From contig JBFEUB010000003.1 in the NCBI GenBank assembly GCA_041547605.1, positions 1 through 43,576 of the forward strand: a DNA stretch of 43,576 bases, in the 5' to 3' direction. Shown here one piece after another: positions 11,330 to 24,800 of the stretch. Position 1 is the stretch's first letter, and each line of letters starts with the position of its first letter. The translations under genes were made by a program, and so were the position numbers. A model generated the notes under the pieces. That model worked only from the letters and a program-made list of their open reading frames with translations. It ran no database searches and had not been told where the DNA came from. The stretch is from Desulfobacteria bacterium. GTDB taxonomy: Bacteria; Desulfobacterota; Desulfobacteria; Desulfobacterales; C00003060.

Positions 11330-14300
11330 ATGGTGATTTTAGAGAAAATCAAGAGACTTTTAGTCAAAAAAGGACTCACCGGCCTGTACTTTGGAAGGTG
11401 CCTGGCAACCGTTCCAGAGGGCTCGTTGGTCCTTTTTCCGTATGCTCCTGGTGTCTTTAACTGCGGGATAACGGGGATACTGGCCTTCAAGGGGGGAGGA
11501 TCTGCGAGAGGCGTCGATTCCCCTGTTCAGGAGCTTGCTGGCATGGTGGAGGGCCTTGCTGAATGCGCTTGGAATGCGGTTGAGGAAGAACGCATTGGGT
11601 TAGAAGATCATTACCTTGGCGGGGAGAAGGTCTTGGGAAAGATGAAGCCCCTGTGTGGAAGCCTTAAGACCGAAGATAGATTTTATGAAGTCTTTTCTAA
11701 CATTGGGGATCAGGATCGACTTTCGAGGCTCTGCAGCACGCTACAGGATGTGATCGAGACCGAAGAAAGAGCCCTCATTCAGAAGACAGGGCGTTTAGCA
11801 CCCAACGCGTACGAGCTCATAAGTCTCCGGATCGTTCATTTAAAGGACGTGTTGTGGTCTTTAAAACACGAGGTTCTGGAGAATGTTGAGAAGGTGAAGG
11901 ACCTCGGGAACTTTACAGAATACGAAAACACTCCGATTGCGGTCAAACTGCTGAAGCGGATTAACCTTGTTTTCAATAACCTGGATCGTCTCGAAGTTCG
12001 GGGAAGGGACTCCGCGGGGATTTCACTCTTTTTTGTGCTTGATGAAAGCGTCTTCTCGGAGCTGAAGCAGAGACTGCAGAAGGCATCTCTCCTTGAGGAA
12101 CTATCGACCAGACAGACGGACAAGGTTCTTGTGAATCGTAACATCAGGATTACTAACCGTGGTTCTTCGGTCTCGCTCGTATTTACTTATAAGATTGCGG
12201 CTGAGGTGGGAAGTCTTGGCGATAACGTCAAGTATCTGAGAAGGCAGGTTCGAGAGGATAAAGTATTTCAGCACCTCATTAGGTTTCCTCATCTCTATCA
12301 GACAATGGTAGGACACACCAGGTGGGCATCGGTTGGGGAGATCACTGAGGCCAACTGCCACCCTCTTGATAACTTTGGCATGGAGCTGGACGATCCGCAA
12401 GATAGAGATCACACAGGCGTTTCTAACTCAGATTCTGCAGCAGGGATTATTCATGTTTGTCTTAATGGGGATATCGACAATTATCAGAACCTGAGGCGGG
12501 ATTATGAGAGAGAAACGGGCAAATCGATTGCGAGCGTGATTACCACGGATACCAAAATCATTCCTCTTCAGGTCGAAAAGTATTTCAAGGCAGGCAATAC
12601 GCTTGAAGGATCCTTCCGTCTGGCAGTGAATGATTTCGATGGCTCTCATGCCATTGCTATGCATACTGATATTGCGCCGGGGAGGATTTTCCTTGCACAA
12701 AAGGGAAGCGGGCAGGCCATGTTTGTAGGACTGGCTGAAGACTGCTACATCCCGGCTTCCGAGATCTATGGATTCGTTGAGGAAACTTCCCGCTACATTA
12801 AGCTGGATGGTGATAAAGTGACGCAAGGGCAATCCGGTGAGACACAGGGTCAAATTTTCGTCTTGGATCAGGACAGTGACGGAGGCATAGAGGGCATAAC
12901 GGCCATGCACTATGATGGAACGCCGATAGAACTTACCGAAAAAGACGTCAAGGAGACAGAAATTGCCTCCAGAGACATCGACCGCCAGAACTATCCTCAC
13001 TATTTTCTGAAAGAGATCTTAGAATCGCCGGAATCCTTTGAGCAGACTGTCCAGAACCGGGTCGCCATTCTGGAACACGACGGTAAGAGGTATCCACAGG
13101 TGCTGATAGACGGTTCGGTTATCACGCCTCGCCTTGAAGAAGCCGTCAGGGAGAGGACCCTCCGTAACATCTTTTTCATTGGGCAGGGCACAGCGGGGGT
13201 TGCTGCAGCGGGGTGTGCTGAATTGTTGCGTTGCTATCTGAAAGGGACCAATTTGCGGGTGAGTTCACTTAAGGCTTCTGAATTCAGTGGGTTCATGGTC
13301 GATGACACCTTGGAAGACACCCTGGTTGTTGCCATCACCCAATCTGGAACGACTACCGACACAAACCGTGCAATTGACATGGCAAGAGAGCGAGGGGCGC
13401 ATACCTTGGCCATTGTCAACCGGCGAGATTCAGATATTACTTTTAAGGTGGATGGCGTACTCTATACGAGTACTGGCAGAGATATTGAAATGTCCGTCGC
13501 CTCGACCAAGGCTTACTATTCCCAGATCGCAGCCGGAAGCATCCTGGGCCTTAAGCTCGCCCATCTGACCTCGAGCAGAACAGACGATTTTGTCCTGGCT
13601 GAGATCGAACATCTTCTCAGCATCCCTGCTGCCATGAAAGCACTGTTGGTAAACCATAAAGAGATCGGGGGTTCAGCTGAGACGCTTGCCGTTACAAAGC
13701 ATTACTGGGCCGTTGTTGGAAGTGGACCGAACAAGGTATCTGCTGATGAGATCAGGATAAAATTGAGCGAACTTTGCTACAAGACCATTTCTTCAGATGT
13801 CGTGGAAGACAAAAAGCACATTGATCTTTCGTCGGAACCCCTCATCTTTGTTTGTGCAGCAGGCAACCGGGAAGATGTGGTAAGCGATATTGTGAAGGAC
13901 ACCGCTATATTTAAGGCCCATCAGGCCGTGCCCATTGTCGTTACTTCAGAAGGGGAGCACCGGTTTGATCCATACGCCGATGCAGTGATCCGGGTGCCTG
14001 AAGTGCAGGAGCGCTTTGCGCCGATAATCAATACCTTGGCAGGTCACATATGGGGGTACTATGCGGCCTTGGCCATCAATGCAGAATCTCGTTTCCTGTT
14101 TGATTTCCGGGAGCAGATCAACGAACATGTTGCCTCATCCATGGAGCGGGATATGGACGTGTACGAGACCGTGCTGGATGAGGCATTTCGAGAAAAGATT
14201 GCGCGCTTTTATGCAGCCTTCAAGGAGAGGATACGGCGAGGACGATATGCGACAGCCCTCGCACTGAACACGGCGTCAGACCTCACGCTTTTGCTGAAGT

Positions 14301-15085
14301 ACTTGTCGGGAAGGCTTCCCATGTCCGACTTTGAGTCTGATTTTGGTATGAAGGGGACTGCTCCCAACATGCTGAGCGCTTTTTTCGATTGCATTGGAAA
14401 AATGATCGATGCCATGGCGAGGCCGATTGACGCTATCAAACACCAAGCCAAAACAGTGACGGTAGGCACGAGCAGGATTGTGGAGAAGATACAGGGCCTT
14501 CTCTTTGAAGCCCTGCAACAATATGGGTTCAGCGAAAACCAGCTGACAAACTTGAATGTTCTCGTCCTGAGACGCTTACAGGAAGTTGTTGCCGAGATCA
14601 TGGGGACTACCGTTTACAGAATTGAAGGTCTGAACTTCTTGGGAGAACCGGTGGAGGATTCTACCATCCATCTCATCAAAAAAGAGGGGAGTGCCGCGGA
14701 TCTCGTCTCCCGCGTAGAGACGGATAACAGACTGGTGGGTACCAAGCGGATCATCGTAAAAAACGGAAATGTCTTCATCGGCACAGGAAGAAGGGACAAT
14801 CGAAGCATTCTAGCCGTACCAGTCTTGTCAACCGGTACTAAAATTGACTACCTCCTGCTGTTCAATGTTGGATTTCGAAAAGAGGTCGCACTTGAAAAGA
14901 AAGTAACCGCGTTGGGTGGGAAATATCATCACATCCGAAATATTGTTGAGGAGACAAGCATCGCCTGGAAGGATGCGTATCTCAACCTTCTTAAGATTGA
15001 AGAGCTTTTTGGAATGTCTGCTGAGAAGATTGCCGAGGCGATTGTTTCCAATGTTCAGGATGAAGTTGAGGTTTCAACCGACTAA
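11330..15085 (+). CDS. Giant GlmS-like glutamine-fructose-6-phosphate aminotransferase (Ntn glutaminase + 2 SIS domains, with large insertions and extensions)
   Basis: CGITG, LDRLEVRGRDSAG, GHTRWA, LNGDIDN, TDT, TQSGTTTDT, EMSVASTKAY, KLSELCY, AKTVTV parallel GlmS motifs in order. About twice the normal GlmS length. Confidence 0.8.
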   Translation: MVILEKIKRLLVKKGLTGLYFGRCLATVPEGSLVLFPYAPGVFNCGITGILAFKGGGSARGVDSPVQELAGMVEGLAECAWNAVEEERIGLEDHYLGGEKVLGKMKPLCGSLKTEDRFYEVFSNIGDQDRLSRLCSTLQDVIETEERALIQKTGRLAPNAYELISLRIVHLKDVLWSLKHEVLENVEKVKDLGNFTEYENTPIAVKLLKRINLVFNNLDRLEVRGRDSAGISLFFVLDESVFSELKQRLQKASLLEELSTRQTDKVLVNRNIRITNRGSSVSLVFTYKIAAEVGSLGDNVKYLRRQVREDKVFQHLIRFPHLYQTMVGHTRWASVGEITEANCHPLDNFGMELDDPQDRDHTGVSNSDSAAGIIHVCLNGDIDNYQNLRRDYERETGKSIASVITTDTKIIPLQVEKYFKAGNTLEGSFRLAVNDFDGSHAIAMHTDIAPGRIFLAQKGSGQAMFVGLAEDCYIPASEIYGFVEETSRYIKLDGDKVTQGQSGETQGQIFVLDQDSDGGIEGITAMHYDGTPIELTEKDVKETEIASRDIDRQNYPHYFLKEILESPESFEQTVQNRVAILEHDGKRYPQVLIDGSVITPRLEEAVRERTLRNIFFIGQGTAGVAAAGCAELLRCYLKGTNLRVSSLKASEFSGFMVDDTLEDTLVVAITQSGTTTDTNRAIDMARERGAHTLAIVNRRDSDITFKVDGVLYTSTGRDIEMSVASTKAYYSQIAAGSILGLKLAHLTSSRTDDFVLAEIEHLLSIPAAMKALLVNHKEIGGSAETLAVTKHYWAVVGSGPNKVSADEIRIKLSELCYKTISSDVVEDKKHIDLSSEPLIFVCAAGNREDVVSDIVKDTAIFKAHQAVPIVVTSEGEHRFDPYADAVIRVPEVQERFAPIINTLAGHIWGYYAALAINAESRFLFDFREQINEHVASSMERDMDVYETVLDEAFREKIARFYAAFKERIRRGRYATALALNTASDLTLLLKYLSGRLPMSDFESDFGMKGTAPNMLSAFFDCIGKMIDAMARPIDAIKHQAKTVTVGTSRIVEKIQGLLFEALQQYGFSENQLTNLNVLVLRRLQEVVAEIMGTTVYRIEGLNFLGEPVEDSTIHLIKKEGSAADLVSRVETDNRLVGTKRIIVKNGNVFIGTGRRDNRSILAVPVLSTGTKIDYLLLFNVGFRKEVALEKKVTALGGKYHHIRNIVEETSIAWKDAYLNLLKIEELFGMSAEKIAEAIVSNVQDEVEVSTD

Positions 15086-15134
15086 GCCAGGGGAGTTCTC
15101 GCACAATACTTTTATAACAAAATCTTATTACTGA

Positions 15135-16805
<1,671 letters not shown>

Positions 16806-17038
16806 AGCTGAAACTGGAACCAGTACTGGCCATTTGCCTGAAGGCCTGTTTGCTTCATCCTGTCAGAGAAGGGCACATGTGACAGAAAGCGTTACGAAGT
16901 TTGTGCAGTCCTTCCTGCCCGCTCCTTGGTATTCACACAACCCCTGTTTCCTTCTTGCTTTTTCTTCTGTTTCGTTTTAAGCCATTTATTCGGGAAAAGG
17001 TCTTATGATTGCGAAATATCAACCGGGTCGGCAGGTCC

Positions 17039-18562
17039 ATGAAAAAGATTGAAGAAAGCCCGCTCCTTTATGAAATCAGCGAGGCACTCAATGTGAGTCT
17101 GGATCTTAAGAGGTCTCTTTACCGGGTCCTTGACATCCTTTCCAAATCAATGGACATGGTACGGGGTACTATTACCATTCTTAATCCCCTGCGCAACGAG
17201 ATTAGCATCGAAGTGGCCCACGGCCTTTCAAAGGCAGCCATGGAAAGGGGGAAATACAAGTTAGGCGAGGGGATTACGGGCCGTGTCATTGAGACAGGGA
17301 AGGCCCTCGTTGTACCAAAGATCAGCGAGGAGCCAATGTTCTTGAATCGAACCGCCACGAGAAGGGCCATTCATGACGAGGAACTCTCTTTCATCTGCGT
17401 CCCCGTAAAAAAGGGGAACCAGGTCGTAGGAGCCCTCAGTGTTGATCGGCTATTCGATAAGTCCTATTCATTAAGAGATGGCGAAAGACTGCTTTCTATC
17501 ATTGCCACGATGATTGCCCAGCATGTCATCAACCTGGAAACCATCCAGCGCGAAAAGGAGCAGCTTAGAGAAGAAAACAGGCGTCTTCAGCAAGAGCTTT
17601 CCAACAAGTACCGCATTACCAACATTGTGGGAAATAGCAACAAGATGCGGGAGGTCTTTCAAATGATCTCCCAGGTGTGCAAGAGCAATGCCACAGTACT
17701 GATTCGCGGGGAGAGCGGCACCGGCAAAGAGCTGGCTGCCAATGCGATCCACTACAACAGCCTTAGGTCAAAAAACCCTTTTGTAAAGGTCAACTGTGCA
17801 GCCATGCCTACCAATCTCATTGAAAGTGAGCTCTTCGGACATGAGAAAGGAGCATTTACAGGGGCGATCCGTCAGAAGAGGGGAAAGTTCGAACTGGCCA
17901 ATAAAGGGACGATCTTTTTGGATGAAATCGGATCGGTTGGCACGGATGTCCAGGTCAAACTCCTGAGGGTTCTTCAGGAAAAGGAGTTCGAGCGAGTAGG
18001 AGGGTACGAAACGATCAAGGCAGACGTTCGCTTCATAGCGGCTACCAACAAGAACCTGGAACAGGCTGTAGAGGACGGAACTTTTCGAGGAGACCTGTAT
18101 TACAGGTTGAATGTGTTTCCTATTTATATGCCGCCCCTGAGAGAACGCAGAACCGACATTCTGTTGTTGGCAGACCACTTTCTAGAACAATATGCGAAGG
18201 AGAATCAGAAGGACATCCGCCGGTTTTCTACGCCTGCCATCGATATGCTCATGCAGTATCATTGGCCCGGAAATGTACGCGAGCTTGAAAACTGCATTGA
18301 GCGAGCCGTGTTGCTTTGCCAAGAGGGAGTCATTCATAGTTATCACTTACCTCCCACTCTTCAGACAGCAGAAGAGTCCGATACCTTGCCAGACAGGTCT
18401 TTGGAAGAAGCTGTGGCAAATCTGGAACGGGAGATTATTGTGGACGCTTTGAAAACGACGCGTGGCAATATGGCAAAGGCTGCCCAGTTGCTGCGGACAA
18501 CCGAGCGGAAGTTTGCCTACAAGGCGAAGAGACATGAAGTGGACTATCGCCAATATCGTTGA
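17039..18562 (+). CDS. NifA-like sigma54-dependent transcriptional activator (GAF-AAA+-Fis HTH)
   Basis: N-terminal GAF ([15 protein letters not shown]), [40 protein letters not shown]-terminal HTH. Confidence 0.92.
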   Translation: MKKIEESPLLYEISEALNVSLDLKRSLYRVLDILSKSMDMVRGTITILNPLRNEISIEVAHGLSKAAMERGKYKLGEGITGRVIETGKALVVPKISEEPMFLNRTATRRAIHDEELSFICVPVKKGNQVVGALSVDRLFDKSYSLRDGERLLSIIATMIAQHVINLETIQREKEQLREENRRLQQELSNKYRITNIVGNSNKMREVFQMISQVCKSNATVLIRGESGTGKELAANAIHYNSLRSKNPFVKVNCAAMPTNLIESELFGHEKGAFTGAIRQKRGKFELANKGTIFLDEIGSVGTDVQVKLLRVLQEKEFERVGGYETIKADVRFIAATNKNLEQAVEDGTFRGDLYYRLNVFPIYMPPLRERRTDILLLADHFLEQYAKENQKDIRRFSTPAIDMLMQYHWPGNVRELENCIERAVLLCQEGVIHSYHLPPTLQTAEESDTLPDRSLEEAVANLEREIIVDALKTTRGNMAKAAQLLRTTERKFAYKAKRHEVDYRQYR

Positions 18563-18656
18563 GCTCCAATAGACGTTGCGTTGTAGCCCAGTGTTTAGGG
18601 ATGAAAGATTATAAGACTGACATGCTCTTGGAGGCGTGTTCAAGGAGGAGGAAGAT

Positions 18657-19985
18657 ATGAAATGTGAGACAGTTGAAGACGTCCTCAGGGTGGTTCAAGA
18701 AAAGAATGTTAGTTTCGTCCAGTTCTGGTTCACCGACGTGTTGGGCATCCTGAAAAGCTTCGCGATCACGCCTTCTGAGCTGGAGGAAGGTTTGACCGAA
18801 GGGATGGGTTTTGACGGCTCGTCAATAGAAGGCTTTGCGCGGATTGAAGAGAGCGACATGATTGCCAAGCCGGACCCAACCACTTTTCAATTCTTACCTT
18901 GGAGGGGTCAGGACAAACCAGTTGCCAGGATGTTCTGTGACATTCTGCAACCGGATGGAACTCCTTATGAGGGCGATCCTCGGTATGTCTTCAAACGTGT
19001 TTTGAGCCGGGCGAACAACAAGGGGTTCACGTTTTACCTTGGGCCTGAGTTGGAATACTTCTACTTTGAAAGTAATGAGGCCCCTATAATTCTTGACAAA
19101 GGGGGATATTTCGACACTCGGCCGTTGGACATGGGCAGCGATCTGAGGCGGGAGACGATCTTTGCCCTCCAGGATATTGGGATTCAGGTTGAATACAGCC
19201 ACCATGAAGTTGCTCCCAGCCAGCATGAAATTGATATGCGCTATGACGAAGGATTAAGGATGGCCGACAAGACCATGACCCTCAGGATCGTGGTTAAGGA
19301 AATGGCCAGGCGGAGCGGATTCTATGCCACCTTCATGCCCAAGCCCATCTTTGCTGAAAACGGAAGCGGCATGCATACACACCAGTCGCTCTTTCAGGGA
19401 GAGAAAAACGCTTTTTTCGATGTCAACGACATCTATCATCTATCTGACGTGGGCAAGTGCTATATAGCCGGGATCATGCGTCATGCCCGTGAGATGGGAG
19501 CGATTACCAACCAGTGGGTCAACTCTTACAAACGCCTTGTGCCGGGTTATGAGGCCCCAGTGTATGTTTCCTGGGCTCGGCGGAACCGCTCAGCTATGGT
19601 TCGGGTGCCCATGTACAAGCCGGGCAAAGAACAAGCGACACGCATCGAGTTTCGCTCACCGGATCCGGCGTGCAATCCGTATCTGGCCTTTGCCGTGATG
19701 CTGGCTGCCGGGTTGAAGGGGATTGAGGAGAACTACCCGCTTCCGGACCCAGTGGAGGAAGACATTTATGATATGGATGAAGCGGCACGGGAGAAGGCAG
19801 GCATAGAGTCTTTGCCAGGAAATCTTTTTGAAGCGATTAAGGAAGTTGAAAAGAGTGAGCTGGTTCGTGAGACCCTGGGTGATCACATTTTTAACAAATT
19901 TGTAGAAAACAAGAAGATAGAATGGGATTCGTATCGCACCCACGTGAGCCGTTTTGAGATAGAAAAATATCTTCCGATCATGTAA
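18657..19985 (+). CDS. glnA: Glutamine synthetase type I (short, about 442-aa alpha-like form)
   Basis: FDGSSIEGF, GPELEY, SHHEVAPSQHEI, ATFMPKP..NGSGMH, NSYKRLVPGYEAP, RIEFRSPD. SD AGGAGG precedes ATG 18657. Confidence 0.95.
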   Translation: MKCETVEDVLRVVQEKNVSFVQFWFTDVLGILKSFAITPSELEEGLTEGMGFDGSSIEGFARIEESDMIAKPDPTTFQFLPWRGQDKPVARMFCDILQPDGTPYEGDPRYVFKRVLSRANNKGFTFYLGPELEYFYFESNEAPIILDKGGYFDTRPLDMGSDLRRETIFALQDIGIQVEYSHHEVAPSQHEIDMRYDEGLRMADKTMTLRIVVKEMARRSGFYATFMPKPIFAENGSGMHTHQSLFQGEKNAFFDVNDIYHLSDVGKCYIAGIMRHAREMGAITNQWVNSYKRLVPGYEAPVYVSWARRNRSAMVRVPMYKPGKEQATRIEFRSPDPACNPYLAFAVMLAAGLKGIEENYPLPDPVEEDIYDMDEAAREKAGIESLPGNLFEAIKEVEKSELVRETLGDHIFNKFVENKKIEWDSYRTHVSRFEIEKYLPIM

Positions 19986-20009
19986 GCGCCTACAGTATTT
20001 AACCACGTC

Positions 20010-21647
20010 ATGAAGATTGCACTGGCACAAATCAATCCTACCATCGGAGATTTCAGACAGAACACGGAAAAGATGTTGAGGATGGTGGAAAAGGCAAAGG
20101 GCCTTTCCTGCGACCTCATCGTCTTCTCGGAACTGGTTATCTCCGGATATCCGCCACGAGATCTTCTGGAGAGGCGAGACTTTATGGCTGCGAACCTGGA
20201 TCATCTGCACAGACTCGTTGCGTCGGTGACGGGGATTGGTGTTGTTTGCGGCTTTGTGGACGAAAACCTCGATCAGGAGGGGAAGCCCCTATACAACGCG
20301 GCTGCACTCTTTGATCAAGGGGAGATCCTTCATCAAGCCCATAAGAGGTTACTTCCCGATTATGACGTTTTTGATGAAAGAAGGTACTTCAAACCAGGTA
20401 CGGAGTGCCCGTCTTTTTCCTATAAAGGCCTGAAGATAGGGCTGACCATCTGTGAGGACATTTGGAACGACAAGGATTTTTTTTCTAAGCAGCTATACCC
20501 GATTGACCCGGTGGCGCTTATGGTCAAGGACGGGGCCAACCTTATCATCAATATATCAGCCTCTCCCTACTATGCAGGGAAGAGAGAATTTAGATGGGCT
20601 ATGCTCGGCAATGTTGCCAAGAAATATCGGGTCCCTCTCCTTTATGTCAATCAGGTGGGAGGCAATGACAGTGTGCTTTTCGACGGGATTAGCACTGCCT
20701 TTGATGCAACAGGCCAGATCGGAGCCCATTGCAGTGACTTTGAGGAGGACATGGTTGTTTACGACACGGATACCCAAAAAGGCGATCTCCACACAATCAG
20801 TGAAACCGGGGCAGGGTCCATCCTGAAGGCTCTGATCATGGGTACCAGAGATTATGTGCATAAATGCGGATTTGCCAAGGCAGTAGTCGGATTAAGCGGG
20901 GGAATTGATTCGGCCGTGACCGCGTATATTGCAGTGCAGGCCTTGGGCATGGAAAATGTGATAGGTGTTTTCATGCCCTCGCAGTATACCTCCAAGGACA
21001 ACTTTGAAGATACCCGGCAGCTTACCCAGAATCTGGGCATCGAACTCGTTCATGTGCCGGTCGGCGGGATATTCGAGAAATTCCTGGCAGAGCTGGCTCC
21101 GGTTCTCAAAGATGTGACCACAGAGGTTACCGGCCAGAATATACAAGCCCGCATCCGGGGGACCCTCCTTATGGCCTTTTCCAATAAACTTGGTTCTCTC
21201 CTTCTTTCTACAGGAAACAAATCTGAACTCGGGGTTGGTTATTGCACTCTCTATGGTGATATGAGTGGGGGACTAGCCGTCATTTCGGATGTCCCCAAGA
21301 TGATGGTCTATGAACTGGCTCGACTGATCAACAAGGATAAAGACATCATCCCCGACAGAATCCTTCAAAAACTACCTTCCGCGGAACTCAAGCCGGATCA
21401 GGTGGACCAAGATGATCTGCCGCCTTATGACATTCTGGATGGCATATTGACGGCGTATATTGAAGAGAACAAAGGGCCGGACGAAATCATTGCTATGGGG
21501 TTCAACCCCACGATCGTTAAACAGACTATTTTCTGGATTGATCGGAATGAGTACAAGCGGCACCAGGCCCCCCCGGGCCTCAAGGTGACCACCAAATCCT
21601 TTGGCTATGGAAGAAGGTACCCCATAGCCTGGAAATTTTGGGCATAA
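20010..21647 (+). CDS. nadE: Glutamine-dependent NAD+ synthetase
   Basis: Nitrilase domain triad (FSEL, HKRLLP, TICEDIW) plus GLSGGIDS, NIQARIRG, TGNKSE, YCTLYGD, PSAEL. Confidence 0.95.
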   Translation: MKIALAQINPTIGDFRQNTEKMLRMVEKAKGLSCDLIVFSELVISGYPPRDLLERRDFMAANLDHLHRLVASVTGIGVVCGFVDENLDQEGKPLYNAAALFDQGEILHQAHKRLLPDYDVFDERRYFKPGTECPSFSYKGLKIGLTICEDIWNDKDFFSKQLYPIDPVALMVKDGANLIINISASPYYAGKREFRWAMLGNVAKKYRVPLLYVNQVGGNDSVLFDGISTAFDATGQIGAHCSDFEEDMVVYDTDTQKGDLHTISETGAGSILKALIMGTRDYVHKCGFAKAVVGLSGGIDSAVTAYIAVQALGMENVIGVFMPSQYTSKDNFEDTRQLTQNLGIELVHVPVGGIFEKFLAELAPVLKDVTTEVTGQNIQARIRGTLLMAFSNKLGSLLLSTGNKSELGVGYCTLYGDMSGGLAVISDVPKMMVYELARLINKDKDIIPDRILQKLPSAELKPDQVDQDDLPPYDILDGILTAYIEENKGPDEIIAMGFNPTIVKQTIFWIDRNEYKRHQAPPGLKVTTKSFGYGRRYPIAWKFWA

Positions 21648-21846
21648 CATTCTGCCTTCCTTTTTCCCCACACCTGATTCGAACCGTACCCTCGAAGCAG
21701 GTATACTCCAAACAACAGGGGGCTTCAGAAACGACATGAAGACTCCTTGTTCTTCCTGTTGACGAGCCCAACCCAATCTGCTACGAAAGGCCAGCCCAGA
21801 CCCTCCCGCCACAAGAGACTTTTTTTGTGGATTAAGGTGTCTTTCT

Positions 21847-24800
21847 ATGCCACGACGTGATGACATAAAGAAAGTGATGATTATCAGTTCCGGGCCCATC
21901 ATCATAGGGCAGGCCTGTGAGTTCGACTATTCCGGGACACAGGCGTGCAAGGCCCTCCGTAAACTCGGTTATGAGATTGTTCTGGTCAACTCGAATCCGG
22001 CGACGATCATGACAGATCCCGGCATGGCTGACGCGACGTATATTGAACCCCTCAATTTCCGGGCCATGCAGGAGATCATCGAAAAGGAACGGCCCGATGC
22101 CCTTTTGCCTAATCTGGGCGGGCAGTCCGGTCTCAACCTTTCCTCGGAGCTGTATCGTCGGGGGTTGCTGGACAAATTCGGAGTCCAGATCATCGGTGTT
22201 CAGGCTGATGCCATAGAGCGGGGTGAGGACCGAAGCGCCTTTAAAGACACCATGAAGAGGATCGGCCTGCAATTGCCGAAGAGCGCCCTGGCATACAATG
22301 TGGATGAGGCTGAAAAGATTGCTGCCGAACTTGGCTACCCGGTGGTTATTCGCCCTGCCTATTGTATGGGGGGAACCGGAGGGGGCTTGGTGTACAATGT
22401 GGAAGAATTGCGGGTCGTTGCCAGCCGAGGCATCTCAGCAAGCTTTGTGGGCCAGATACTGGTTGAGGAGTCGGTGTTGGGATGGGAGGAGTTAGAGCTT
22501 GAAGTGGTGCGCGACGCCAAAAACCAGATGATTACGGTCTGTTTTATTGAAAATGTGGATCCCATGGGCGTTCATACGGGCGACTCCTATTGCACAGCGC
22601 CCATGCTCACCATAGATCCTGAACTCCAAAACCGCCTTCAAAAATGGTCCTATGACATTGTGGAGGCCATCCAGGTCATTGGCGGCACAAATATCCAGTT
22701 CGCGCACGATCCAAAGACGGGTCGGGTCGTAGTGATCGAGATCAACCCGAGAACCTCGCGTTCTTCTGCTCTTGCGTCAAAGGCTACAGGTTTTCCCATT
22801 GCCTTTATCTCCGCGATGTTGGCAGGGGGGATGACCTTGGACGAAATCCCCTACTGGCGGGAAGGTACGCTGGAGAAATATACACCGTGGGGGGACTATG
22901 TTGTGGTCAAGTTTGCCCGGTGGGCCCTTGAAAAGTTTGAAGACGCCGAGGACAAGCTCGGCACCCAGATGCGGGCTGTTGGCGAAGTCATGAGCATCGG
23001 GAAGACTTATAAAGAGGCTTTCCAGAAGTCGATTCGATCCCTGGAAAACAGTCGCCATGGGCTTGGCTTTGCCAAAGATTTTTACGAGAGATCCCAGGAC
23101 GAACTCATGGATCTGCTAGCTGAACCCTCAAGCGAGCGGCAGTTTATCATGTACGAGGCTTTGCGAAAGGGTGTCAGCGTTGAAGCGCTTTATGAGAAGA
23201 CCTATATCAAGCCGTGGTTCATCGAGCAAATGAAGGAGCTTGTTGGGTTGGAGGAAGAGATCCTAAAATACAAGGGCAATATTGTGCCAGACGACCTGCT
23301 GGGGCGGGCCAAGAAGGACGGATTTTCAGACCGGTACCTTTCTGAGATCCTTGACATTCCGGAAAAGGATATTAGGGAACGGCGAACCTCTATAAGCGTA
23401 GTCGAGGGTTGGGAGCCTGTGCCGGTGAGCGGGGTGGAAAATGCGGCGTACTATTTTTCTACATATAATGCTCCTGACAAGGTGACCAGTAGCAAAAGGC
23501 GCAAGATCATGGTTCTGGGGGGTGGGCCCAACCGTATCGGCCAGGGGATCGAGTTCGATTACTGTTGTGTTCATGCGGCCTTCGCCATACGTGATGAGGG
23601 GTTCGAGTCGATCATGGTCAACTGTAACCCCGAGACTGTCTCAACCGATTATGACACCTCCGATAAGCTATATTTTGAGCCACTTACTGTAGAGGACGTG
23701 TTGAGCATCTACGGAAAGGAAAAGCCGGAAGGCGTGATTGTTCAGTTTGGAGGGCAGACTCCTTTGAATATAGCCAATGAGCTAGCCGGGACTGGTGTCC
23801 GAATCATCGGGACATCACCGGAGACCATAGATCTGGCTGAGGATCGCGACCGCTTCCGCCAAATGATGCGAAAGCTGGGGATTCCCCAGCCTGAATCCGG
23901 CATGGCGAGCACTCTGGAAGAAGCCCTTGATGTAGCCGAAAGGATTGGCTATCCCCTCATGGTAAGACCGTCGTATGTCCTTGGTGGACGTGCCATGGAG
24001 GTGGTCCATGACGAAGAGATGCTTAAGCACTATGTGGCTGCGGCCGTTGATGTGACGCCAGAGCGGCCTATATTGATCGACAAATTCCTGGAAAATGCGA
24101 TTGAGGCAGAGGCAGACGCCATCGCGGATGGCACAGATGCTTTCGTGCCCGCGGTCATGGAACATATAGAACTTGCCGGCGTGCATTCCGGCGACTCTGC
24201 TTGCGTGATTCCTCCCATCAGCATTCCCGTCAGACACCTCGATACCATTTACGAATATACCAAAAAAATTGCAGTGGAACTCAACGTCATCGGTCTGATG
24301 AATATCCAGTACGCTATAGCCAACGATATGGTTTACATCCTTGAGGCCAACCCTCGCGCATCTCGAACTGTGCCTCTCGTATCAAAGGTGTGCAACATTC
24401 AGATGGCTCGAATTGCTACGCAACTCATGCTCGGCAAAAGGCTCTCCGATCTTAATATTGAGCCTAAATCCATCCCATACTTTGGCGTGAAGGAGGCGGT
24501 CTTTCCATTTCACATGTTTCCAGAGGTCGATCCGCTCCTGGGGCCGGAGATGCGGTCCACGGGAGAAGTTTTGGGACTAGCCGATTCCTTTGGATTGGCC
24601 TTTTACAAGGCCCAGGAGGCCGCACAGCAGTATCTTCCTTCTAACGGGACCGTGCTCATCACAGTATCTCTGAGAGACAGGGAGGCTGTTCTGGACGCGG
24701 CGGGGCAGTTTCACAAACTCGGCTTTCACATCAAGGCCACTGAGGGGACGCAGAGGTTCCTGGCTGACCACGGCATTGAATCCGAGGCCATCCGGAAGTT

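Noticed and set aside
18620-18650. Alternative hairpins near the glnA ribosome binding site as an ANTAR site or riboswitch
   Set aside because: Single weak stems, the loop lacks A1, and there is no second hexaloop or terminator.
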